64,000 nucleotides of DNA, from NCBI RefSeq assembly GCF_009914755.1, contig NC_060940.1; one strand, written 5' to 3'. The notes beneath the pieces were generated by a model. The model was not told the origin of the DNA. It searched no databases and worked only from the letters and a program-made list of their open reading frames with translations. Numbering within the stretch: position 1 is the first letter of the stretch; each line of letters opens with the position of its first letter. The translations under genes were made by a program, and so were the position numbers. Of this stretch, positions 14,179 through 27,900 are shown in pieces. This DNA comes from the human T2T-CHM13v2.0 reference genome, Homo sapiens.

Positions 14179-17100
14179 ATCTATTCCATGATGATTCCTT
14201 GCGATTCCATTCGCTGATGTTTCCGTTCATTTCCATTCGATGATGATTCCATTCGATTCCATTCATTGAGGATTCCATTTGATTCCATTCAATGATGATT
14301 CCGTTCTATTCCATTCAATGATTGCATTCAATTCCATTCAATGATTATCCCCTTAGATTAAACTCAACGATTCCATTCAATACCATTCGATGATGATTCC
14401 TTTTGAGTCCATTCAATGATTTCATTCAAGTCCATTTGATGATTCCTTTCAATTCCATTCTATGATGATTCCATTCGAGTCCATTCGATGATTCCATTCA
14501 ATCGCATTCGATGATTCCATTATATTCCAGTCAACGATGATTCCATTCGAGTCCATTCGATGATTCCATTAGAGTACATTTAATGATTGCTTTGTTTTCA
14601 ATTCGAAGATGATTACATTGGATTCCATTCTATGATACCATTCGATTCCATTCAATGATGATTCCACTCAAATCCATTGGATGATTCCATTCGTGTCCGT
14701 TCGGTGATTTCATTAGATTCCATTCGAGGATGATTCCATTCGATTCCATTCGATGATTCCATTCAATTCCATTCGATGATGATTCCATTCCAGTCCATAT
14801 GATCATTCCATTTGATTTCATTCGATGATGATTCCATTCGATTCCATTCGATGATTCCATTCTATTCCATTCGATGATGATTCCATTCGAGTCCATTCGA
14901 TCATTCCATTCGAGTCCATTTAATGATTCCATTGGGTTCAATTCAATGATGATTACATTGGATTCCGTTCTATGATTCCATTCAATTCCGTTCATTGACA
15001 ATTTGATTCCATTCGATGATGATTCCATTTGAGTTCATTCGATGATTCTATTCAATTCTCTTCGATGGTGATTCAATTCTATTATATTGGATGATTCCAT
15101 TCGATTCCATTTGATGTTGATTCAATTCGATTCTATTCGATGATGATTCCATTGGATTTCACTTGATGATTCTATTCGATTCCATTCAATGATGATTCAC
15201 TTCTCGTCCATTGGATGATTCCATTTCATTCCATTCGATGATGATTCCATTCGATTCCTTTCGATGATTCCATTTGATTCCATGCGACGGTGAGCAATTC
15301 GATTCAATTCCATGATGATTCTATTTGATTCAATTAGATGATGTTTCCATTCGAATCCATTCCATGATTATTCCATTGGAATCCATTTGGCGATGATTCC
15401 ATATGAGTCAATTCAATGATGATTCCATATGGGTCCGTTCGATGATAATTCCATTTGATTTCATTCGATGCTTCTATTCAATTCCAGTCGATGATGATTC
15501 CGTTGGAGTCCATACGATGATTCCATTTGATTTCATTTGATGATGATTCCATTCGATGATGATTACATTGGATTCCATTCTATGATTCCATTCAATTCCA
15601 TTCGTTGATGATTCGATTCCATTCAATGATGATTCCATTTGAGTTCATTCGATGATTCTATTCGATTCCGTTCGATGGTGATTCAATTCTATTATATTGG
15701 ATGATTCCACTCGATTCCATTTGATGATTATTCCATTGGAGTCCACTTAGTGAATCCTTTAGATTCTACTCGAAGATGATTCCATTCGAGTCCATTCGAT
15801 GATACCATTCAATTCCATTCGTTGATGCTTCCATTCAAGTGCATTCGATGATATCATTCGATTCCATTTGATGATAATTCCATTTGATTCCATGCAATGA
15901 TTCTATTCGATTCCATTCAATGATAATTCCATTCAATTCAGTGATTCCTCTGGACTCCATTTGATGATGATTCCATTCAATGATTCCATTCGATTCTATT
16001 CGAAAATGATTCCATTTGAATCCATTTGATGATGATTCCATTAGATTCCATTTGATGATTCCATTCGATTCCATTTGATGATGATTCCATTCGATTCCAT
16101 TTGATGATTCCATTCTATTCTATTCGATGATGATTCCATTCGATTCCATTCGATGATGATTGGATTCGATTCCATTTGATGATTTCATTTGATTCCATTC
16201 GTTAATGATTTCGATCAACTCCATTCGATGATTCCATTTAATTCCATTCGATAATGATTACATCCGAGTCCATTCGATGATTCCATTTGAGCCCGTTCGA
16301 TAATTCCATTTGAGTCCAATCAATGATTCCATTCATTTCCATTCAATGATTCCATTCGAGTCCATTTGATCATTCTGGTAGGGTCTGTTCGATGTTGATT
16401 CCATTGGAGTGCATTCGATGATTCCATTCGAGTCCATTTTATGATTTGATTCGAGTCCTTTCGATGATTCCATTCGATTCCACTCGATGATGATTTCATT
16501 CGAGTCCATTCGACACTTCCAATCGATTCCATTTGATGTTTCCATTCGAGTCCAATTGATGATTCCATTCAATTCCATTCGATGATGATTCCGTACGATT
16601 CCATTCTGTGATGATTCCATGTGATTGCATTCAATGATGATTCCTTTCGATTGCATTCGATTATGATTCATTTCGTGTTCATTCTATGGTTCCACAGGTT
16701 TCCATTCGATGACGTTTCCGTTCGTGTCCATTCCATTATTCCATTCTATTTCATTTGATGATGATTCCATTCGATTCCATTCATTGGTGATTCCACTCAA
16801 TTCCATTCAATGATTCCATTCCATTTCTTTCAACAATGATTCCCTTAGTTTCTATTCGATGATCCACTTGATTCCATTTGGCGATGATTCCATTCGTGTC
16901 CATTCGATGATTCCATTTGATTCCATATGATGATGATTCCATTCGATTCCATACCATGATGATTCCATTCGAGTCCATTCAATGGTGATTCCATTCAATT
17001 CCATTCGATGATTCCTTCCGATTCCATTCGATGATGATGGCATTCGATTCCTTTCAATCATTCCCTTTGATTCCATTCAAAGGTGATTTCATTCAAGTCC

Positions 17101-19940
17101 ATTCGATAATTGCATTCGATTCCATTCTATGATGATTCCATTCGAGTCCATTTGATGATTCCATTCAATTCAAGTCAATGATGATTCCATTCGATTCCAC
17201 TCGATGATTCCATTGGATTCCATTCGATGATGATTCCATTCAAATCCATTCGATAATTCAATTCAAGTCCATTCGATGATGATTCCAATCGAATCCATTC
17301 AAAGATTCCATTCAATTCCATTCGATGATGATTCCCTTAGATTCCATTCGATGATTCCACTTGATTCCATTTACGATGATTCCATTCGATTCCATGTGAT
17401 GAATCCATTCAATTCTATTCAATGATGTTTCCATTTGATTCCATTGGACCATGATTGCCTTTGATTCCATTCAATGATTCCATTCGGTTCCATTTGATGA
17501 TGATTCCGTTCGATTCCATTTCATTATTCCATTTGATTCCATTGGATGAGTCCATTCGATTACATTCGATGATTATTCCATTCGAGTGCATTAGATGATT
17601 GCATTCGAGTCCATTCGATGATTCCATTCGATGTTGATTCTGTTCAAATCCATTCGATGATTCCACTCGATTCCATTTGATGACTCCATTTGATCCCATT
17701 CGATGATTTCCTGTGATTCCCTTTGATGATCATTCTATTTGATTCAATTCGGTGATTTCATTACATTCCATTCAGTGATGTTTCCATTCGACTGTATTCC
17801 ATGATGATTCCATTCGACTCCATTCGATTATGATTTCATTCAATTCCATTCAATAATGATTCCATTCGAGTCCATTCGATGATTCCATTCGATTCCATTC
17901 AACGATGATTTGATTCGTTTCCATTCGATGATTCCATTGGATTCCATTCGATGATGATTCCATTCAAATCCATTCGATAATTCAATTCAAGTCCATTCAA
18001 TGATGATTCCAATCGAATCCATTCAAAGATTCCATTCAGTTCCATTCGATGATTCACTTAGATTCCATTCGATGATTCCACTAGATTCCATTTACGATGA
18101 TTCCATTCGATTCCATGTGATGATTCCATTCAATTCTATTCAATGATGTTTCCATTTGATTCCATTCAACCATGATTGCCTTTGATTCCATTCAATGATT
18201 CCATTCGGTTCCTTTTGATGATGATTCCGTTTGATTCCATTTGATGATTCCATTTGATTCCATTGGATGAGTCCATTCGATTACATTCGATGATTATTCC
18301 ATTCGAGTGCATTAGATGATTCCATTCGAGTCCATTCGATGATTCCATTCGATTCCATTCGATGTTGATTCTGTTCAAATCCATTCGATGATTCCACTCG
18401 ATTCCATTCGATGACTCCATTTGATCCCATTCGATGATTTCCTGTGATTCCCTTTGATGATCATTCCATTTGATTCAATTCGGTGATTTCATTTGATTCC
18501 ATTCAGTGACGTTTCCATTCGACTCCATTCGATGATGATTCCATTCGACTCCATTCGATTATGATTTCATTCAATTCCATTCGATAATGATTCCCTTCGA
18601 GTCCATTCGATGATTCCATTCGATTCCATTCAACGATGATTTGATTCGTGTCCATTCGATGATTCCATTTGATTCCACTTGATGATGATTCCATTCGAGT
18701 CCATTTGATGATTCCATTCAATTCCATTCTCCGATGATTTCTTTTGAGCCCATTCAATGCTTCCACTCGATTCCATATGATGATGACTCCATTCGATTAA
18801 ATTCGATGATGATTCCATTCGCTTGCGTTCGATGATGATTCCACTTGAGTCCGTTAGAAGATTCTATTCAAATACATTCCATGACGATTCCGTTCGAGTC
18901 CATTTGATGATTCCATTAGACTCCATTCGACGATGATTCCATTCGATGTTATTCGATGATTCCATTCGATCTCATTCGATGATGATTCCATTCAACTCCA
19001 TTCGATGTTTCCATTCGAGTTCATTCTATTATTCCATTAGATTCCATTCGATGATGATTCCATTCGATTCCATTTGATGATTGCATTCTATTTCATTTGA
19101 TGATGATTCCATTCGAGTCCACTCGATGATTCCATTCGAGTCCATTTAATGAATCCATTGGTTTCAATTCTATGATGATTACATTGGATTCCATTCGTTG
19201 ATGATTTCATTCGGTTCCATTCAATGATGATTCTATTCAATTCCTTTCAATGTTTCCATTCAATTCCATACGATGATGATTCCATTTGATTTGATTCGAC
19301 AGTGAGCCATTCGATTCAATTCCATGATGATTCTATTTGATTCAATTGGTTGACATTTCCATTCGATTCCATTCGATGATGATTCCCTTTGATTCCATTC
19401 AAAGATGATTCCATTCTAGCCCATTCAATCATTCCATTCGATTCTATTCAATGATGATTCCATTCATGTCGATTTGGTGATTCCATTTGACTTCATTTGA
19501 TGATGATTGCTTTCAAGTTCATTAGATGATTCCATTCGATTCCATTTGATGATGATCCCATTCGAGTCCATTTGATGATTCCATTCGTTTCCATTCCATG
19601 ATGATTCCATTCCATTCCATTCAATGATTCCATTCGATTCCGTTTGGTGATGATTTCATTCGAGTCCATTTGATGATTCCATTTGATTCCATTCGATGAT
19701 GATTCCATTCGAGTCCATTCGATGATTCTATTCGAATCCATTTGATGATTTCTTTTGATTATATTTGGTGATGATTCCATTGGAGTCCATTCAATGATTC
19801 CATTCGATTTCAATCGATGGTGCTTCCATTAGAGTCCATTTAATGATTCCATTTGATTCCAGTCTCTGATGATTACATTCGAGTCCATACGATGATTCCA
19901 CTCAATTCCATATGATGATGATTCCATTCGATTCCATTCG
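14179..19940 (+). repeat. ~6.8-kb HSat2 higher-order unit, copy 3 (truncated, ~5.8 kb)
   Basis: Colinear with copy 2, with a 10-bp deletion near 17620 (offset 6803->6793) and the 49-bp segment present at ~19550-19600. It ends at ~19933-19952, where the sequence jumps back 2062 bp. Confidence 0.85.
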
Positions 19941-21995
19941 ATGATTCCATTCGATTCCATTCAACGATGATTTGATTCGTTTCCATTCGATGATTCCATT
20001 GGATTCCATTCGATGATGATTCCATTCAAATCCATTCGATAATTCAATTCAAGTCCATTCGATGATGATTCCAATCGAATCCATTCAAAGATTCCATTCA
20101 GTTCCATTCGATGATTCCCTTAGATTCCATTCGATGATTCCACTTGATTCCATTTACGATGATTCCATTCGATTCCATGTGATGATTCCATTCAATTCTA
20201 TTCAATGATGTTGCCATTTGATTCCATTCGACCATGATTGCCTTTGATTCCATTCAATGATTCCATTCGGTTCCTTTTGATGATGATTCCGTTCGATTCC
20301 ATTTGATGATTCCATTTGATTCCATTGGATGAGTCCATTCGATTACATTCGATGATTATTCCATTCGAGTGCATTAGATGATTCCATTCGAGTCCATTCG
20401 ATGATTCCATTCGATTCCATTCGATGTTGATTCTGTTCAAATCCATTCGATGATTCCACTCGATTCCATTCGATGACTCCATTTGATCCCATTCGATGAT
20501 TTCCTGTGATTCCCTTTGATGATCATTCCATTTGATTCAATTCGGTGATTTCATTTGATTCCATTCAGTGATGTTTCCATTCCACTCCATTCGATGATGA
20601 TTCCATTCGACTCCATTCGATTATGATTTCATTCAATTCCATTCGATAATGATTCCCTTCAAGTCCATTCGATGATTCCATTCGATTCCATTCAACGATG
20701 ATTTGATTCGTGTCCATTCGATGATTCCATTTGATTCCACTTGATGATGATTCCATTCGAGTCCATTTGATGATTCCATTCAATTCCATTCTCCGATGAT
20801 TTCTTTTGAGCCCATTCAATGCTTCCACTCGATTCCATATGATGATGACTCCATTCGATTAAATTCGATGATGATTCCATTCGCTTGCATTCGATGATGA
20901 TTCCACTTGAGTCCGTTAGAAGATTCTATTCAATTACATTCCATGACGATTCCGATCGAGTCCATTTGATGATTCCATTAGACTCCATTCGACGATGATT
21001 CCATTCGATGTTATTCGATGATTCCATTCGATCTCATTCGATGATGATTCCATTCAACTCCATTCGATGTTTCCATTCGAGTTCATTCTATTATTCCATT
21101 AGATTCCATTCGATGATGATTCCATTCGATTCCATTTGATGATTGCATTCTATTTCATTTGATGATGATTCCATTCGAGTCCACTCGATGATTCCATTCG
21201 AGTCCATTTAATGAATCCATTGGTTTCAATTCTATGATGATTACATTGGATTCCATTCGTTGATGATTTCATTCGGTTCCATTCAATGATGATTCCATTC
21301 AATTCCTTTCAATGTTTCCATTCAATTGCATACGATGATGCTTCCATTTGATTTGATTCGACAGTGAGCCATTCGATTCAATTCCATGATGAATCTATTT
21401 TATTCAATTGGTTGACATTTCCATTCGATTCCATTCGATGATGATTCCCTTTGATTCCATTCAAAGATGATTCCATTCTAGCCCATTCAATCATTCCATT
21501 CGATTCTATTCAATGATGATTCCATTCATGTCGATTTGGTGATTCCATTTGACTTCATTTGATGATGATTCCTTTCAAGTTCATTAGATGATTCCATTCG
21601 ATTCCATTTGATGATGATCCCATTCGAGTCCATTCAGTGATTCCATTCGTTTCCATTCCATGATGATTCCATTCCATTCCATTCAATGATTCCATTCGAT
21701 TCCGTTTGATGATGATTTCATTCGAGTCCATTTGATGTTTCCATTCGTTTCCATTCCATGATGATTCCATTCCTTTCCATTCAATGATTCCATTCGATTC
21801 CGTTTGGTGATGATTTCATTCGAGTCCATTTGATGATTCCATTTGATTCCATTCGATGATGATTCCATTCGAGTCCATTCGATGATTCTATTCGAATCCA
21901 CTTGATGATTTCTTTTGATTATAGTTGTTGATGATTCCATTGGAGTCCATTCAATGATTCCATTCGATTCCAATCGATGGTGATTCCATTAGAGT
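17871..21995 (+). repeat. 2062-bp tandem duplication at the transition between the 6.8-kb and 3194-bp arrays
   Basis: Offsets 18503->20565, 18630->20692 and 19493->21555 all equal 2062. The junction lies in the shared tccattcgatgattccattc at 19933-19952. Confidence 0.85.
21640..21835 (+). repeat. 98-bp tandem duplication fixed in the 3194-bp unit (first instance)
   Basis: cgtttccattccatgatgattcc occurs at 21648 and 21746. It is single at ~5941 and ~19586, and the doublet is repeated in each full 3194-bp copy. Confidence 0.85.
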
Positions 21996-24900
21996 CCATT
22001 TAATGATTCCATTTGATTCCAGTCTCTGATGATTACATTCGAGTCCATACGATGATTCCACTCAATTCCATATGATGATGATTCCATTCGATTCCATTCG
22101 ATGATTCCATTCTATTCTAATCGATGATGATTCCATTCGATTCCATTCGATGATGATTGGATTCGATTCCATTTGATGATTTCATTTGATTCCATTCGTT
22201 AATGATTTCGATCAACTCCATTCGATGATTCCATTCGATTCCATTCGATAATGATTACATCCGAGTCCATTCGATGATTCCATTTGAGCCCGTTCGATAA
22301 TTCCATTTGAGTCCAATCAATGATTCCATTCATTTCCATCCAATGATTCCATTCGAGTCCATTTGATCATTCTGGTAGGGTCCGTTCGATGTTGATTCCA
22401 TTGGAGTGCATTCGATGATTCCATTCGAGTCCATTTTATGATTTGATTCGAGTCCTTTCGATGATTCCATTCGATTCCACTCGATGATGATTTCATTCGA
22501 GTCCATTCGACACTTCCAATCGATTCCATTTGATGTTTCCATTCGAGTCCAATTGATGATTCCATTCAATTCCATTCGATGATGATTCCGTACGATTCCA
22601 TTCTGTGATGATTGCATGTGTTTGCATTCAATGATGATTCCTTTCGATTGCATTCGATTATGATTCATTTCGTGTTCATTCTATGGTTCCACAGGTTTCC
22701 ATTCGTGTCCATTCCATTATTCCATTCTATTCCATTTCATGATGATTCCATTCGATTCCATTCATTGGTGATTCCACTCAATTCCATTCAATGATTCCAT
22801 TCCATTTCTTTCAACAATGATTCCATTAGGTTCTAATCGATGATCCACTTGATTCCATTTGATGACGATTCCATTCTTGCCATTCGATGATTCCATTTGA
22901 TTCCATATGATGATGATTCCATTCGATTCCATACGATGATGATTCCATTCGAGTCCATTCAATGGTGATTCCATTCCATTCCATTCCATGATTCCTTTTG
23001 ATTCCATTCGATGATGATGGCATTCGATTCCTTTCAATCATTCCCTTTGATTCCATTCAAAGGTGATTTCATTCAAGTCCATTCGATAATTGCATTCGAT
23101 TCCATTCTATGATGATTCCATTCGAGTCCATTTGATGATTCCATTCAATTCTAGTCAATGATGATTCCATTCGATTCCATTCGATGATTCCATTGGATTC
23201 CATTCGATGATGATTCCATTCAAATCCATTCGATAATTCAATTCAAGTCCATTCGATGATGATTCCAATCGAATCCATTCAAAGATTCCATTCAGTTCCA
23301 TTCGATGATAACCTTAGATTCCATTCGATGATTCCACTTGTTTCCATTTACGATGATTCCATTCGATTCCATGTGATGATTCCATTCAATTCTATTCAAT
23401 GATGTCTCCATTTGATTCCATTCGACCATGATTGCCTTTGCTTCCATTCAATGTTTCCATTCGGTTCCTTTTGATGATAATTCCGTTCGATTCCATTTGA
23501 TGATTCCATTTGATTCCATTGGATGAGTCCATTCGATTACATTCGATGATTATTCCATTCGAGTGCATTAGATGATTCCATTCGAGTCCATTCGATGATT
23601 CCATTCGATTCCATTCGATGTTGATTCTGTTCAAATCCATTCGATGATTCCACTCGATTCCATTCGATGACTCCATTTGATCCCATTCGATGATTTCCTG
23701 TGATTCCCTTTGATGATCTTTCCATTTGATTCAATTCGGTGATTTCATTTGATTCCATTCAGTGATGTTTCCATTCCACTCCATTCGATGATGATTCCAT
23801 TCGACTCCATTCGATTATGATTTCATTCAATTCCATTCGATAATGATTCCCTTCAAGTCCATTCGATGATTCCATTCGATTCCATTCAACGATGATTTGA
23901 TTCGTGTCCATTCGATGATTCCATTTGATTCCACTTGATGATGATTCCATTCGAGTCCATTTGATGATTCCATTCAATTCCATTCTCCGATGATTTCTTT
24001 TGAGCCCATTCAATGCTTCCACTCGATTCCATATGATGATGACTCCATTCGATTAAATTCGATGATGATTCCGTTCGCTTGCGTTCGATGATGATTCCAC
24101 TTGAGTCCGTTAGAAGATTCTATTCAATTACATTCCATGACGATTCCGATCGAGTCCATTTGATGATTCCATTAGACTCCATTCGACGATGATTCCATTC
24201 GATGTTATTCGATGATTCCATTCGATCTCATTCGATGATGATTCCATTCAACTCCATTCGATGTTTCCATTCGAGTTCATTCTATTATTCCATTAGATTC
24301 CATTCGATGATGATTCCATTCGATTCCATTTGATGATTGCATTCTATTTCATTTGATGATGATTCCATTCGAGTCCACTCGATGATTCCATTCGAGTCCA
24401 TTTAATGAATCCATTGGTTTCAATTCTATGATGATTACATTGGATTCCATTCGTTGATGATTTCATTCGGTTCCATTCAATGATGATTCCATTCAATTCC
24501 TTTCAATGTTTCCATTCAATTGCATACGATGATGCTTCCATTTGATTTGATTCGACAGTGAGCCATTCGATTCAATTCCATGATGAATCTATTTTATTCA
24601 ATTGGTTGACATTTCCATTCGATTCCATTCGATGATGATTCCCTTTGATTCCATTCAAAGATGATTCCATTCTAGCCCATTCAATCATTCCATTCGATTC
24701 TATTCAATGATGATTCCATTCATGTCGATTTGGTGATTCCATTTGACTTCATTTGATGATGATTCCTTTCAAGTTCATTAGATGATTCCATTCGATTCCA
24801 TTTGATGATGATCCCATTCGAGTCCATTCAGTGATTCCATTCGTTTCCATTCCATGATGATTCCATTCCATTCCATTCAATGATTCCATTCGATTCCGTT

Positions 24901-27900
24901 TGATGATGATTTCATTCGAGTCCATTTGATGTTTCCATTCGTTTCCATTCCATGATGATTCCATTCCATTCCATTCAATGATTCCATTCGATTCCGTTTG
25001 GTGATGATTTCATTCGAGTCCATTTGATGATTCCATTTGATTCCATTCGATGATGATTCCATTCGAGTCCATTTGATGATTCTATTCGAATCCACTTGAT
25101 GATTTCTTTTGATTATAGTTGGTGATGATTCCATTGGAGTCCATTCAATGATTCCATTCGATTCCAATCGATGGTGATTCCATTAGAGTCCATTTAATGA
25201 TTCCATTTGATTCCAGTCTCTGATGATTACATTCGAGTCCATACGATGATTCCACTCAATTCCATATGATGATGATTCCATTCGATTCCATTCGATGATT
25301 CCATTCTATTCTAATCGATGATGATTCCATTCGATTCCATTCGATGATGATTGGATTCGATTCCATTTGATGATTTCATTTGATTCCATTCGTTAATGAT
25401 TTCGATCAACTCCATTCGATGATTCCATTCGATTCCATTCGATAATGATTACATCCGAGTCCATTCGATGATTCCATTTGAGCCCGTTCGATAATTCCAT
25501 TTGAGTCCAATCAATGATTCCATTCATTTCCATTCAATGATTCCATTCGAGTCCATTTGATCATTCTGGTAGGGTCCGTTCGATGTTGATTCCATTGGAG
25601 TGCATTCGATGATTCCATTCGAGTCCATTTTATGATTTGATTCGAGTCCTTTCGATGATTCCATTCGATTCCACTCGATGATGATTTCATTCGAGTCCAT
25701 TCGACACTTCCAATCGATTCCATTTGATGTTTCCATTCGAGTCCAATTGATGATTCCATTCAATTCCATTCGATGATGATTCCGTACGATTCCATTCTGT
25801 GATGATTCCATGTGATTGCATTCAATGATGATTCCTTTCGATTGCATTCGATTGTGATTCATTTCGTGTTCATTCTATGGTTCCACAGGTTTCCATTCGT
25901 GTCCATTCCATTATTCCATTCTATTCCATTTCATGATGATTCCATTCGATTCCATTCATTGGTGATTCCACTCAATTCCATTCAATGATTCCATTCCATT
26001 TCTTTCAACAATGATTCCATTAGTTTCTAATCGATGATCCACTTGATTCCATTTGATGACGATTCCATTCTTGCCATTCGATGATTCCATTTGATTCCAT
26101 ATGATGATGATTCCATTCGATTCCATACGATGATGATTCCATTCGAGTCCATTCAATGGTGATTCCATTCCATTCCATTCCATGATTCCTTTTGATTCCA
26201 TTCGATGATGATGGCATTCGATTCCTTTCAATCATTCCCTTTGATTCCATTCAAAGGTGATTTCATTCAAGTCCATTCGATAATTGCATTCGATTCCATT
26301 CTATGATGATTCCATTCGAGTCCATTTGATGATTCCATTCAATTCAAGTCAATGATGATTCCATTCGATTCCATTCGATGATTCCATTGGATTCCATTCG
26401 ATGATGATTCCATTCAAATCCATTCGATAATTCAATTCAAGTCCATTCGATGATGATTCCAATCGAATCCATTCAAAGATTCCATTCAGTTCCATTCGAT
26501 GATAACCTTAGATTCCATTCGATGATTCCACTTGTTTCCATTTACGATGATTCCATTCGATTCCATGTGATGATTCCATTCAATTCTATTCAATGATGTC
26601 TCCATTTGATTCCATTCGACCATGATTGCCTTTGCTTCCATTCAATGTTTCCATTCGGTTCCTTTTGATGATAATTCCGTTCGATTCCATTTGATGATTC
26701 CATTTGATTCCATTGGATGAGTCCATTCGATTACATTCGATGATTATTCCATTCGAGTGCATTAGATGATTCCATTCGAGTCCATTCGATGATTCCATTC
26801 GATTCCATTCGATGTTGATTCTGTTCAAATCCATTCGATGATTCCACTCGATTCCATTCGATGACTCCATTTGATCCCATTCGATGATTTCCTGTGATTC
26901 CCTTTGATGATCATTCCATTTGATTCAATTCGGTGATTTCATTTGATTCCATTCAGTGATGTTTCCATTCCACTCCATTCGATGATGATTCCATTCGACT
27001 CCATTCGATTATGATTTCATTCAATTCCATTCGATAATGATTCCCTTCAAGTCCATTCGATGATTCCATTCGATTCCATTCAACGATGATTTGATTCGTG
27101 TCCATTCGATGATTCCATTTGATTCCACTTGATGATGATTCCATTCGAGTCCATTTGATGATTCCATTCAATTCCATTCTCCGATGATTTCTTTTGAGCC
27201 CATTCAATGCTTCCACTCGATTCCATATGATGATGACTCCATTCGATTAAATTCGATGATGATTCCGTTCGCTTGCGTTCGATGATGATTCCACTTGAGT
27301 CCGTTAGAAGATTCTATTCAATTACATTCCATGACGATTCCGATCGAGTCCATTTGATGATTCCATTAGACTCCATTCGACGATGATTCCATTCGATGTT
27401 ATTCGATGATTCCATTCGATCTCATTCGATGATGATTCCATTCAACTCCATTCGATGTTTCCATTCGAGTTCATTCTATTATTCCATTAGATTCCATTCG
27501 ATGATGATTCCATTCGATTCCATTTGATGATTGCATTCTATTTCATTTGATGATGATTCCATTCGAGTCCACTCGATGATTCCATTCGAGTCCATTTAAT
27601 GAATCCATTGGTTTCAATTCTATGATGATTACATTGGATTCCATTCGTTGATGATTTCATTCGGTTCCATTCAATGATGATTCCATTCAATTCCTTTCAA
27701 TGTTTCCATTCAATTGCATACGATGATGCTTCCATTTGATTTGATTCGACAGTGAGCCATTCGATTCAATTCCATGATGAATCTATTTTATTCAATTGGT
27801 TGACATTTCCATTCGATTCCATTCGATGATGATTCCCTTTGATTCCATTCAAAGATGATTCCATTCTAGCCCATTCAATCATTCCATTCGATTCTATTCA

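Noticed and set aside
22612-22794. Sole plus-strand ORF (60 aa, hydrophobic)
   Set aside because: Created by a private SNV (gtgattgc>gtgtttgc) that removes a TGA in the divergent edge copy. There is no evidence of coding function.
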